DNA from: a bacterium
Lineage (GTDB): Bacteria; Patescibacteriota; Saccharimonadia; Saccharimonadales; JAUPVS01
Length of the DNA stretch: 64,000 bases
Direction: 5' to 3'
NCBI GenBank assembly: GCA_029780855.1
Contig: JAKOXV010000003.1
Location: 84,953 to 148,952 of the forward strand
The position numbers and the translations under genes are program-made. The notes beneath the pieces were generated by a model. The model was given only the letters and a program-made list of their open reading frames with translations. It made no database searches and was not told the origin of the DNA. Below are positions 37,496-46,929 of this stretch, one piece after another (positions within the stretch are counted from its first letter, which is position 1; the number at the start of each line of letters is the position of its first letter).

Positions 37496-38008
37496 CTAGG
37501 CTTCTGATTCCTCAGTGGGTGCTTCTACTGATTCGCCGGGCTTTAGAACAATATGGCGGTCGCGGCCTTCGCCAACGGATTCGGTTACTAGTCCTTCTTC
37601 ATCTGCAAGCTTGTGAATTGTACGGCGGTCTGCGGGGTTCATGGGTTTTAGTTCCATTGGTTCACCGGTTTCTTTGACCTTGTTTACCCATTCCAGGGCT
37701 TTTTCAGCAAGTCGGTCTGCGCGGTTCTTTTTATAATCTGCGATGTCTACATTAGCCCGTACAAGTTCATAGCCCTGATTTCTCAGTGCGTTCATGACCA
37801 TAAACTGCAAAGAACGCATCGTTTCACCACGCTGACCGATCAGAAAGCCGTTGAGGTGCGTAGACGGCACATGTAGTTCGATTACTTCGTCATCCTCTGT
37901 GGTGGCGTACACATCCACGTTGAGTCCAAAGAAAGAAATGATATTTTCTAGGTACTTTTTAGCGTATTGGATTGATTCTTCTACGCCCTTGGCTTGTGTG
38001 TCGCTCAT
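37496..38008 (-). CDS. jag: Jag/SpoIIIJ-associated RNA-binding protein (KH + R3H)
   Basis: GFLIGQRGETMRSLQ is a KH GXXG loop. PMNPADRRTIHKLA is an R3H motif. It occupies the conserved position downstream of yidC. Confidence 0.85.
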   Translation of the reverse strand: MSDTQAKGVEESIQYAKKYLENIISFFGLNVDVYATTEDDEVIELHVPSTHLNGFLIGQRGETMRSLQFMVMNALRNQGYELVRANVDIADYKKNRADRLAEKALEWVNKVKETGEPMELKPMNPADRRTIHKLADEEGLVTESVGEGRDRHIVLKPGESVEAPTEESEA

Positions 38009-38943
38009 GCACGTTTCCTCCGTTTAGCTTTTTTAGCTGTTTTAGAGGATTTTTTGGCTTTTGGCTTGGGTGTTTTCTTTTCTATGACTTCGCCTTCGAT
38101 AACTTGTTTGCCGTTTTTCTTATCGGCTAATTCTTCCATTTCTTCTTCGTCTTCGCGCAATACCCGGTCTTGCTGGAAGTAGGCGATAAAGCTACTGGTG
38201 AACCAGTACAGGGAAAGCGCTGAGGCGATACCAAGCGTTACAAAAAAGATAAAGATTGGAATCATCATGGTGGTAAAGCGGCCAGTTGCTGCCTGCATTT
38301 CACCGGTGTCAGCCTGCTTACCGGAAGAAGCGTCCTTAAGGATTTGCTTAAGACCCTTACCGTCTTTTGGCGATGGCATGAGCTGTTTGCTCTGCAAGTA
38401 CTGCATGAAGGCGCTCAAGAACACCAGAACGAGAGCCGGGAAGTACCATACACCGTCTTTGAGGGCTGGGCGAGCAAGGTCTACAAAACCAAACAAGGTG
38501 GCGTCAAACTTTGAAATGTCGCTACCGACTTCTTTGATCCAGGAAAGGTTCCGTACGAACGGGTAGGAAAATTCGATGAGCTGGTGTGGATCAAGGATGA
38601 GCTTGCGCAAACCGATATACAAACCAATTAGGATAGGGAGCTGCACAATAGTGATGCCGAGCGTTGAAAACGGATTAATCCCGCGCTCTTTATAGAGCTC
38701 CATGGTGAGCATTGATTCTTTTTGACGGTCGCCTTTGGTTTGCTGCTTGATGCGCTTTAGTTCTGGTTGCAGCTTGCGCATTTCTTTAGTGTGGTGCAGC
38801 TGCTTCTTGACGAGAGGCCAGAGCAAAATACGAACAATAAGCGTAAAGATTATGATGGCCAGACCAAAGTTATGGCCAGGCAGAATGGCATAGATAAAGA
38901 CGAGCAGGTTAAAAATAGGTTGGACGATGATGGTCGTAAACAT
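38005..38943 (-). CDS. yidC: membrane protein insertase YidC (monoderm short type with a Lys-rich tail)
   Basis: LLWPLVKKQ...MRKLQPELKRIKQ and ELYKERGINPF motifs with 5 TM helices. The C-terminus is basic (KKTPKPKAKKSSKTAKKAKRRKRA). Confidence 0.9.
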   Translation of the reverse strand: MFTTIIVQPIFNLLVFIYAILPGHNFGLAIIIFTLIVRILLWPLVKKQLHHTKEMRKLQPELKRIKQQTKGDRQKESMLTMELYKERGINPFSTLGITIVQLPILIGLYIGLRKLILDPHQLIEFSYPFVRNLSWIKEVGSDISKFDATLFGFVDLARPALKDGVWYFPALVLVFLSAFMQYLQSKQLMPSPKDGKGLKQILKDASSGKQADTGEMQAATGRFTTMMIPIFIFFVTLGIASALSLYWFTSSFIAYFQQDRVLREDEEEMEELADKKNGKQVIEGEVIEKKTPKPKAKKSSKTAKKAKRRKRA

Positions 38944-39338
38944 TAATTCTCCTTTTGTTCTATAATATCACGTCCGCCCCTGTTTTTCTCACCATTCACA
39001 AGCTTGGCCTGCACAAAAAGGCTGGTTATGTGATTCTGTAAATCATTGTGCGGCATGTCAGCCACTGTTTGGTTAAAAACAGTCACCACGATATCAGGCG
39101 TTCCAACTATTTGATCAGCCTGCAAACGAATAACTTCGTAGATTCGACGGCGGATACGGTTGCGGACCACAGCAGATTTACTAACTTTTTTACTCACCAC
39201 TACCGCAACCCTAAAGGCTTTACGCCGATCGTTCTGAGCAAAGCGCAAACTCATAAACGCACCACGGATTGTCTTTCCGTGTTGATACACAAACTTTAAG
39301 CTGTTATATCCGTGGAACCGGTGGGTGCGCCCAATCAT
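38943..39338 (-). CDS. rnpA: ribonuclease P protein component
   Basis: 131-aa basic protein with a VSKKVSKSAVVRNRIRRRIYE (RNR motif) region. It lies between rpmH and yidC. Confidence 0.85.
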   Translation of the reverse strand: MIGRTHRFHGYNSLKFVYQHGKTIRGAFMSLRFAQNDRRKAFRVAVVVSKKVSKSAVVRNRIRRRIYEVIRLQADQIVGTPDIVVTVFNQTVADMPHNDLQNHITSLFVQAKLVNGEKNRGGRDIIEQKEN

Positions 39339-39399
39339 ATGTAGTACCTATATGTATTGTACCTGTTGCACACGGCGCACAGGATAAATTATATGAAAT

Positions 39400-39537
39400 T
39401 TAATGCGTAAGGCGGGTGCGACCCTTGAGTCGGCGTCGTTTGATAACATTGCGGCCGGCTTTATTTGCCATACGGGCAAAAAACCCGTGCTCGCGTGCTC
39501 GGTGTCGTTTCTTTGGTTGATACGTTCGTTTTGGCAT
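39400..39537 (-). CDS. rpmH: 50S ribosomal protein L34
   Basis: My minus-strand translation is [45 protein letters not shown]. It is missing from the ORF track, where the + ORF 39403-39588 is its shadow. Confidence 0.95.
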   Translation of the reverse strand: MPKRTYQPKKRHRAREHGFFARMANKAGRNVIKRRRLKGRTRLTH

Positions 39538-39866
39538 AGGGTTAAATTATTGCATAAAATCCATTATTATCCAAGCCCCTGTTACTAAGGTGTTAATTTT
39601 TGGCATGTACTTGCGATTCCTAAAAACCTTTCGTACCCCTCCCCTGCTACGTGATTTTCACAATGTTTACCCCACTAATCCACAAAACTTATCCACCATT
39701 CATTGGGTTTTATCCACAGTTTAACTGGGGTGGTTTATCTGTGTGTATAATTTTTCACCGGTCAATCATAAAATACCCTCCCCTTCCCCTACGGGCTTTT
39801 CTACTTGTGGAAAACTTTGTATAGTCTGTGTAGAATATACAAAACGCGAGGTATAAGGAGCGGTAC
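39538..39866. other. DnaA-box cluster upstream of dnaA (putative oriC part or dnaA autoregulatory region)
   Basis: TTATCCACA at 39710-39718, TTATCCACC at 39689-39697 and TAATCCACA at 39676-39684. TTATCCAAG at 39567-39575. TGTGGAAAA (reverse complement TTTTCCACA) at 39806-39814. Confidence 0.6.
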
Positions 39867-41240
39867 ATGGTAGAGACCAATTTGTGGCAGGCAGTCTTGG
39901 GCGAAATAGAACTTTCGCTATCCCGAGCAAGCTATGTTACGTGGTTCAAAAACACCCGGCAGCTCCGCTTCAAAAATGGGGTGCTGGTGGTAGGTGTGCC
40001 AAATGTCTTTATAAAGCAGCAGCTGGAGCGGAAGTATAACCAGCTCATTTCTGACATTCTGGAGCGTACCGGTAATAAGCCAGAAAAGATTGAGTTTAAG
40101 ATTTACTCTGGTATTGCAGGAAGTCGTAAACCTACAGAAGACGAACCGGTAATCCTCCAAACTACCCAGGCTACCGTCACCAAACAGTCCGGTCCCAGAA
40201 GTAATGCGCTCAGCCACTCATACCGCCAAGGACTGAATGAACGATACACGTTTGAAACATTTATTGTTGGTTCAGCCAACGAACTTGCATACGCTGCATG
40301 CCAAGCAATCGCTCAAAATCCCGGCACCAAATACAACCCGTTGTTTTTATACGGTGGCGTGGGAATTGGCAAGACCCACCTTATTCAGGCTGTCGGTAAC
40401 GCAGTGTTAAGCAACAAGAAAGATGCCCGAGTGGTATATGCCTCCACCGAACAGTTCGTGCAAGAGTTCGTTGACGCGCTGCGCTACAAAAAGAACACCG
40501 ACTTTGCCAATCACTACCGGAACGTAGACGTACTGATTGTTGATGACGTGCAGTTTTTGGCTGGCAAAGAAAAGATTCAGGAAGAGTTCTTCCATACATT
40601 CAATGCACTCCACCAAGCAAATAAACAAATTATTATTAGTAGCGATAAGCCACCGAAAGATATTCCTACCCTGGAAGAACGGCTGCGATCACGATTTGCC
40701 TGGGGTATGACTATTGATATGCAAACACCGGATTTTGAAACGCGCTGCGCAATTCTGCAGATTAAGGCATCCGCTCATAACCAGGATTTGCCGAATGACC
40801 TAGTGGAATACCTGGCAACCAACGTACACACCAACATTCGTGAGCTTGAAGGTGCCCTGAATCAGCTACTAGCGTTTTGTGAAATGCGCGGCTTACAACC
40901 AGACTTAGCCATTGCCACCGGTTTACTGGGCGCTAATAAAACTCGCCCTAAACACTTAAGTGCCAAGCAGATTATTGAGCGCACCGCCCGGCACTTCTCT
41001 ATTCCTATGGAAGATATCTTAGGCCCAAAGCGCGACAAAGATATTGTAGTACCCCGCCAGATCGCTATGTACATGCTGCGGAGCGAGCTCCACTTAAGTT
41101 TTCCAAAGATCGCCCGCGAACTTGGCCGCAAAGATCACACTACAGCTATACATTCTGTTGAGAAGATAGAGAAAGAATCGTCGTTTGACGCCGATATCCG
41201 TAATGCTATCGCCGAAATAAAGGAGCGTTTGTATGCCTAA
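39867..41240 (+). CDS. dnaA: chromosomal replication initiator protein DnaA
   Basis: Walker A GGVGIGKTHL, LIVDDVQFL, the IRELEGAL sensor region, and the C-terminal DHTTAIHSVEKI DNA-binding helix. Confidence 0.97.
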   Translation: MVETNLWQAVLGEIELSLSRASYVTWFKNTRQLRFKNGVLVVGVPNVFIKQQLERKYNQLISDILERTGNKPEKIEFKIYSGIAGSRKPTEDEPVILQTTQATVTKQSGPRSNALSHSYRQGLNERYTFETFIVGSANELAYAACQAIAQNPGTKYNPLFLYGGVGIGKTHLIQAVGNAVLSNKKDARVVYASTEQFVQEFVDALRYKKNTDFANHYRNVDVLIVDDVQFLAGKEKIQEEFFHTFNALHQANKQIIISSDKPPKDIPTLEERLRSRFAWGMTIDMQTPDFETRCAILQIKASAHNQDLPNDLVEYLATNVHTNIRELEGALNQLLAFCEMRGLQPDLAIATGLLGANKTRPKHLSAKQIIERTARHFSIPMEDILGPKRDKDIVVPRQIAMYMLRSELHLSFPKIARELGRKDHTTAIHSVEKIEKESSFDADIRNAIAEIKERLYA

Positions 41241-41502
41241 AAACATGGTATACGTATGTGGAAAGCCCGTGCATAGCCTTTGGGTAGAGCTGTGTAAGGT
41301 TCTAGGCTTTGCACAGCCTTTAGATTTTCACTATTTTAAAGTTGGGCATATCCCCATGGTTATCCAGAAGTTTGTACAAGCTTTGTACTCAACTTTTCCA
41401 CCCAGCAATTTGTATTTTTACCCCTGTTATTTTTCAGTTACACACACTATACACAGGCCCTATGATAACAATAACTATTTATATAAAGGAGAATAGTTAC
41501 TT
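41241..41502. other. second cluster of degenerate DnaA boxes plus an AT-rich stretch in the dnaA-dnaN spacer (putative oriC/DUE)
   Basis: TGTGGAAAG at 41257-41265, TTATCCAGA at 41360-41368, TTTTCCACC at 41394-41402 and TTACACACA at 41438-41446. The stretch ataacaataactatttatataaa is AT-rich and sits just before dnaN. Confidence 0.5.
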
Positions 41503-42594
41503 ATGAAGCTGCAAGTAACCCAGGAAAATCTGAGCAAGGCACTAGGCAATGTGGCCCGAATCGCTAATACGCGTAGTACCTTACCTATTCTTTCTAATGT
41601 CTTATTAAAAACCGTAAACAATCGGCTCAGTATTGCGGCTACCAATTTAGATATTGCAATCACACAGTACATTGGTTCTAAAGTTTCGACAGAGGGAACC
41701 ATTACCGTCCCTGCCCGACTGATGCAGGATTTTGTAAGCAGCTTACCGAGCGGTGTTATTGATTTGACACTTGATGACATAAAGCTACATGTCAGTACTG
41801 AACAGTATCAATCAGTCATTAATGGTGTACCAGCAGATGACTACCCGGTAATGCCAGCAATAGAAAACGGGGTTGAGTGGACGATTCCCTCTAATGTCCT
41901 GAAAAAGGGTTTACAGCAAGTTGTGTTTGCCGCGTCGAACGATGAAACTCGTCCGGTACTAACGGGCATATATTTCCACAGCGAAGGTGGAAAACTATTT
42001 ATGGCAGCCACCGATAGTTACCGCTTAGCAGAAAAAGAACTCATGAAAACCAAAGAGGAGATTTCCCTACTCGTACCCGCTAACGCCATGCAGGATCTGT
42101 TGCGGATTATTGGTGATACAGAAGACGATGTACATATTATTCATGATGACCAACAGGTTTTATTCAGGGTTGATGATGTGGAATTAGTGGCTCGGCTTAT
42201 TGAGGGAAATTATCCACCGTATAAGAAGCTTATTCCGGCTACCTTTGCTACATCAGCCAAGCTAAAACGGAGTGAGTTAAATAGTATTACAAAGGTTTCT
42301 AGTCTGTTTGCCCGAGAGAGTGCTGGGAGTATCACGATTAAAGTAGACGAAGAAAAGCAAACAGTTAGTATCCACTCTATCGCCTCACAGCTTGGGGAAA
42401 ATACCGCCGGTGCGAGCGCTGAGGTTACTGGAAGTGGTGATATTACCCTCAACTCCCGTTACGTGCTTGATGCACTAGGCGCGATACACGGCGATAGCGT
42501 TACATTTGGTTTCAATGGTAAGTTAGAAGCTTGTAGTTTTAGGGATAACGACGAGCCAGATTACGTACATATCATTATGCCGCTGAAAAGCTAG
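41503..42594 (+). CDS. dnaN: DNA polymerase III beta sliding clamp
   Basis: 363 aa. The N-terminus MKLQVTQENLSKAL...RSTLPILSNVLL, plus TDSYRLA and a C-terminus ending IIMPLK, are typical of DnaN. Confidence 0.95.
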   Translation: MKLQVTQENLSKALGNVARIANTRSTLPILSNVLLKTVNNRLSIAATNLDIAITQYIGSKVSTEGTITVPARLMQDFVSSLPSGVIDLTLDDIKLHVSTEQYQSVINGVPADDYPVMPAIENGVEWTIPSNVLKKGLQQVVFAASNDETRPVLTGIYFHSEGGKLFMAATDSYRLAEKELMKTKEEISLLVPANAMQDLLRIIGDTEDDVHIIHDDQQVLFRVDDVELVARLIEGNYPPYKKLIPATFATSAKLKRSELNSITKVSSLFARESAGSITIKVDEEKQTVSIHSIASQLGENTAGASAEVTGSGDITLNSRYVLDALGAIHGDSVTFGFNGKLEACSFRDNDEPDYVHIIMPLKS

Positions 42595-42619
42595 CAAGAA
42601 AGTTCGGTACAATACGGGT

Positions 42620-43675
42620 ATGATCACCAACATCCGTTTACAACACTTCAGGTCATACAACGACGAATCGTTTGAATTTGATAATGGGGTGAATATTATT
42701 GTTGGTCCTAACGCCAGTGGAAAGACGAACCTACTGGAAGCCATACTTATGGTTAGTCGCGGTAAATCCTACCGGGCGGCAGATAGTGAATTGATTACCC
42801 ACACCCAACCGTGGGCCCGTATTGATGCCTTTGCAGAGAAAGAACATCGGGTAGTAAAGCTGCAGCGAGAAGATGAGCAAGTAAAAAAGAGTTTTGAAGT
42901 TGATGATAAGGTCTTTAGTAGGCTTGGTAGTGCTCACACTATTCCGGTAGTACTGTTTGAGCCGGATCATTTGAGTATGTTGAGCGGTTCACCTGAAGGC
43001 CGCCGTAATTTTATTGATGAATTGATTGAACAGGTAACGCCTGGCTACAGCACCACACTTCGGCATTACAAGCGGGCTCTCGCGCAGCGGAACAGACTTT
43101 TAAAAAACGGCATACAAGCCGCCGACGAACAGCTTTTTGCTTGGGATGTGAGGTTGAGTGATCTTGGCGCCCATATTGTCTCAGAACGCGTTAAAATGCT
43201 TGAGACGATAAATAAAGACCTACCCCACATCTATAGCGAGTTAGCTAAGCAGCTGAGCGTAGCAAAGATTGCGTATAGTAATGAAACAGAACCGACGCTG
43301 TATGCGTCTTACTTACTTAATAAATTAGAAAAAGATCGAAGCCTGGACATAGCACGGGGTTTTACCGGTACGGGGCCTCACCGCGAAGACCTCATAATGT
43401 TTTTGCACAATAAACTACTTTCCCAAACTGCTTCACGCGGTGAAAGCCGGACAATGCTACTAGCTCTGAAGATTATTGAACTAAAGATTATTGAAAAAGC
43501 ACGAGACAAAAAGCCGCTACTGCTCCTTGATGACGTCTTTAGTGAGTTGGATGGATCGCGGCGTAAATCTCTCACTGAACATATGCAAGAGTACCAGACA
43601 TTCATAACCACCACCGATGCTGATGTGGTAGTTAAGGACTTTATTCAGTCGGTACAAACTATTCTGCTTGGATAA
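42620..43675 (+). CDS. recF: DNA replication/repair protein RecF
   Basis: GPNASGKTNLLEAI Walker A, a SRGESRTMLLALK signature-like region, and LLLDDVFSELD Walker B. Confidence 0.92.
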   Translation: MITNIRLQHFRSYNDESFEFDNGVNIIVGPNASGKTNLLEAILMVSRGKSYRAADSELITHTQPWARIDAFAEKEHRVVKLQREDEQVKKSFEVDDKVFSRLGSAHTIPVVLFEPDHLSMLSGSPEGRRNFIDELIEQVTPGYSTTLRHYKRALAQRNRLLKNGIQAADEQLFAWDVRLSDLGAHIVSERVKMLETINKDLPHIYSELAKQLSVAKIAYSNETEPTLYASYLLNKLEKDRSLDIARGFTGTGPHREDLIMFLHNKLLSQTASRGESRTMLLALKIIELKIIEKARDKKPLLLLDDVFSELDGSRRKSLTEHMQEYQTFITTTDADVVVKDFIQSVQTILLG

Positions 43676-44350
43676 CTACTGCGCGTCTGTGGCGTTGATC
43701 GCCGATAAGACTTCTTTAGGAACCTGAGGGAACTTTGCGGTTGTTAGTATAAGTTCTGGCGGGTTGGAAACAAGTTTCCAGCGGCCGTCTTCCTTATGTA
43801 CCACCACTCTAAAGATATCGAAGTAGCTTGTTCGCCGCTGTTCGGCGGTGAGACGTGGAACAATTAGCGCGCCGTACCACGTGCCGTCACCGTACATCTT
43901 TTCGGTGTTAATTTCGTACTGACTTGCGAGCAATGGCAGGGCGCTGTTCAGTGTGGCACGAATCTGAGATGATTCGGTGCTCAGTAGTGAACCGAGTGCA
44001 GTGTCGGTGAGGGCCAGAGTAATGTCTACGGTTACGGGTTTAGAGTCAACGACGATTTTACGGTCTTTTTTGGTGTACTGGTCGCCGGCCGTGGCTTGCC
44101 AAACATAGTCCCCTTTAGTGAGTTTAATAGTTTGAGGTGAAGAAACTTCTTGGACTAGATTTGAGTCGTTGATAATTTGGGCGTTTGGTGTGTCGCCCCC
44201 CGGTGATTTATAAAACTTAACGGTTACACCTTTTGTAGGGCTAACAAAGTTTACGGTCACCGTTTGCTTTTTGGGTAGCAATTTGTACACCGCGTAGCCT
44301 GCCCCACCAATAACCGCGACGATTATCAGGAGTGTAATAAATCGTCTCAT
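43676..44350 (-). CDS. hypothetical bitopic membrane protein (last gene of the T4SS-like operon)
   Basis: One N-terminal TM helix (FITLLIIVAVIGGAGYAVY) and a beta-rich ectodomain. 4-nt overlap with the upstream gene. Confidence 0.5.
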   Translation of the reverse strand: MRRFITLLIIVAVIGGAGYAVYKLLPKKQTVTVNFVSPTKGVTVKFYKSPGGDTPNAQIINDSNLVQEVSSPQTIKLTKGDYVWQATAGDQYTKKDRKIVVDSKPVTVDITLALTDTALGSLLSTESSQIRATLNSALPLLASQYEINTEKMYGDGTWYGALIVPRLTAEQRRTSYFDIFRVVVHKEDGRWKLVSNPPELILTTAKFPQVPKEVLSAINATDAQ

Positions 44351-44973
44351 TGCTGGCCTCCGGTTGTTCCGCTAAACGGATTGGTAAAATTGGTGAACGT
44401 AATATCGTAATTAGTTGGGTCAAAACCCCATTTGCGGATTTCGGCTATTGCTACCTGTCTGCCTACCGGCGTGGAGGCAGAAATATACAGGCGAAGATCA
44501 CCGTTTGCTGCATTCCCGTAATCTATATTGAAAAGCGGGCTTTTGTATGGAAGGAAGCCAAGAATAGGATTCTCTTTTAGGTACTGCTGGCCTGCCTGAT
44601 CCGAGCTGTTGCCAACAACCCCTTCAACCTTCAAAAACTCGGCTTGATGTGTAGAGGCATACTGCTGTGCGGCGGTTGTTTTCGGTGTGAGAAGTGCGGT
44701 AATAGGTATAGTAGTCGGCACGGTAAATTTCTTTGATACCGTGCTGAAACCATCACTGCTGACCAGCAGGGTGTGTTCGCCCTCTTTTAGATAGACGGTT
44801 CCCTGACCAACTGATTGGTTATCGATCTTGATAGTGGCAATACGAGGGGCCACCACAATCTCTACGGATTTTTTACCGAGCCGGTTTAGAGCCTGAATAA
44901 GTACAAACCCAATGATTACACCAAGCGTGATGACTATCAGGAGAATGATTTGTTTAGTTCTATTTTGCTGCAC
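44347..44973 (-). CDS. hypothetical bitopic membrane protein with a PEGA-like beta-sandwich
   Basis: TM helix IILLIVITLGVIIGFVLI. VEIVVAPRIATIKIDNQSVGQGTVYLKEGEHTLLVSSDGF resembles a PEGA domain. It is contiguous with the upstream stop. Confidence 0.5.
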   Translation of the reverse strand: MQQNRTKQIILLIVITLGVIIGFVLIQALNRLGKKSVEIVVAPRIATIKIDNQSVGQGTVYLKEGEHTLLVSSDGFSTVSKKFTVPTTIPITALLTPKTTAAQQYASTHQAEFLKVEGVVGNSSDQAGQQYLKENPILGFLPYKSPLFNIDYGNAANGDLRLYISASTPVGRQVAIAEIRKWGFDPTNYDITFTNFTNPFSGTTGGQQ

Positions 44974-46926
44974 CTACTTCTTCCTAAACCATCTTATTGT
45001 TGAACCGTCCCAGCCGGTGGGGCCAATCTTCTCCACATTATCCGCCATTGGTGCGCGGCTATCAAGCGAGGATGATGCGATCGGCCCGTTAAAGCCTGGC
45101 TGATTCCCTACCCAGAAGAAGGTGTGGCCGTTATCTTCCCCGCTGGCAGTGGTATAAAAGCCAACATCTCCCGGCTGTAAGTCGGCACTGTTAGTAATAA
45201 TGCCAAGCTCTTGCCAGTTTTCACGTGCCCACTTTAGCTGGGTTGGAGTGGCCCCTCCTTTGCCGGCGTAGTTATAGTTGGGTTCAAAACCGCTGTCGAT
45301 CATGGCAGTAGTCACAAATCCTCCACAGTCGACACCCGGATAATTTATTCCCCCGACATACCGTCCTTCGCTGCGTGCTTTTGCTACAGCATCGGCATAT
45401 TCAGGCTTCATGGTTTGGTATGGTTTTCGGTGGTATTCCGGCCAGGCGTAGTTTAGAGCGGTGGCAATTATTCCCTGCCCATTAACGGCGCTACCACCAC
45501 AGCCGTTTGTGCCCGTCCCGGTGGTTGGTACAGCTTTTTCTATCCCCTCAACAATTGCGTTAGCGTAGGCGGATTTTTGCTCGTCATTCAGTCCGCTACC
45601 ACCACCCGCTTCTAGGTAAATCCACGGAACTTTAGCAAACAATTGAACGAGTGGAATGTTTCCTGGTTCCAATCCGGCACGCCCGTCAAAGCTATTGTCT
45701 TTTACCTGCACCTGAGCGCCATTGGCCATTTCCTTGGCGTCACGGGCTGCTTTCATGGTCTGGGCATACTGCTGGCTTTTATCGGCAATAGCTTGATCGG
45801 TAAAGGTAACTTTATTGGGTTCGGTACCTCGGTATAAGCCGACCTTTTGGGTATAGATTTCTCCCCAGGTTCCAAAATCTATTCCTGGGTTGTCATGAAT
45901 ACTAACCGCAACGGTAGCATTGGCGCTGGTGCCAAGATCCGCTCGCTGCCGCAAGGAAACCGTATCGTTTACGTCATTTTTAGTCATGACCACGCGGTAA
46001 CCGGCTTGTTCCAGAGCGGTTTTAGCACGGCTGGCAACGTCAAACACATCGTTCATTTCTGGCTGGTTTGGATAGTCATGGTCGGTTAAACCGGTAGCGG
46101 GGTCTTTGGTGGATACATCTGTTCCGCTATGTCCAGGATCCAGTAGGATAACCGCTTGACCGGTACTTGTGGAAGTAGACGTAGAGGTAGATCCAGATAT
46201 GCTGGTGCTGGCAGTGGCTTGTAGGCCGCCGGCTTTTGCTTGATCCAGGATACTTTGCGCATTGGCTATACGTTCTGGCTGTGGCGCTCCATCGTGTCGT
46301 TCGTATTCAACTTCAAACAATAGCGTCGCAGAAGCTACGTCTGTTGTAGCTTTTAGTTTATCGGCAAAGCCTTTTAGGTATCCTTCGGTGAGTGTGTACC
46401 AGAGGTAGTCTAGCTGGAGGGTTAAATCACCGGCGATTATCCCCTTTTCTTGTGAGATCCGGCGCAGGTCATCCTTATAGTTGCTTGCGGTAAACTGCAC
46501 GATACCGTAGCCGGCGCCGCCCGGGGGCACGTTATCATCCAAACTGGATGGCTGCCCAGCAACCGAGATTTCGCCCCTGGAGTTGGCGAATCCATACTGT
46601 ACGAGGCGAGGTTCAAAATGGGATTCACTCTGCATGTTGCCCAAGATACCAGCCGCCTGGAAATCGGTCAGTCCCTTACCCACCAAGTAGTTGAATATTT
46701 TTGCCATATTATCATCACCGGCAAGGATTGATGATGAGGTAGCTTGACACTCTTTGCTGGGGTCGTAGTAGACAGTGTTATTGATGATAGAACGTAAGTC
46801 GCTGTAGGTTACGCCGGCGCTGGCTTTTGCGGTCAGCACGATGAATGATGACATGAACAAGGCCATGAAGAGCGAAAAAGCTCGGAACAGCAGCAGTTTC
46901 TTTTTGATAGTTAGCAGTTTTTTCAT
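44974..46926 (-). CDS. secreted three-domain peptidoglycan hydrolase: lysozyme-like, MurNAc-L-Ala amidase and NlpC/P60-or-CHAP-like domains
   Basis: A signal peptide is present. AAGILGNMQSESHFEP matches the tail-lysozyme-type motif. ILLDPGHSGTD...AVSIHDN matches the Amidase_3 pattern. GVDCGGFV...GDVGFY...GHTFFWVG is a papain-like Cys/His pattern. Confidence 0.75.
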   Translation of the reverse strand: MKKLLTIKKKLLLFRAFSLFMALFMSSFIVLTAKASAGVTYSDLRSIINNTVYYDPSKECQATSSSILAGDDNMAKIFNYLVGKGLTDFQAAGILGNMQSESHFEPRLVQYGFANSRGEISVAGQPSSLDDNVPPGGAGYGIVQFTASNYKDDLRRISQEKGIIAGDLTLQLDYLWYTLTEGYLKGFADKLKATTDVASATLLFEVEYERHDGAPQPERIANAQSILDQAKAGGLQATASTSISGSTSTSTSTSTGQAVILLDPGHSGTDVSTKDPATGLTDHDYPNQPEMNDVFDVASRAKTALEQAGYRVVMTKNDVNDTVSLRQRADLGTSANATVAVSIHDNPGIDFGTWGEIYTQKVGLYRGTEPNKVTFTDQAIADKSQQYAQTMKAARDAKEMANGAQVQVKDNSFDGRAGLEPGNIPLVQLFAKVPWIYLEAGGGSGLNDEQKSAYANAIVEGIEKAVPTTGTGTNGCGGSAVNGQGIIATALNYAWPEYHRKPYQTMKPEYADAVAKARSEGRYVGGINYPGVDCGGFVTTAMIDSGFEPNYNYAGKGGATPTQLKWARENWQELGIITNSADLQPGDVGFYTTASGEDNGHTFFWVGNQPGFNGPIASSSLDSRAPMADNVEKIGPTGWDGSTIRWFRKK

Positions 46927-46929
46927 AGC

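Noticed and set aside
39403-39588. 61-aa plus-strand ORF
   Set aside because: It is the antisense shadow of rpmH (L34), which reads perfectly on the minus strand at 39400-39537.
41233-41496. 87-aa ORF filling the dnaA-dnaN spacer
   Set aside because: It overlaps the dnaA stop and has an implausible Cys/His/Phe-rich sequence. The region is better explained as DnaA boxes plus an AT-rich unwinding element.
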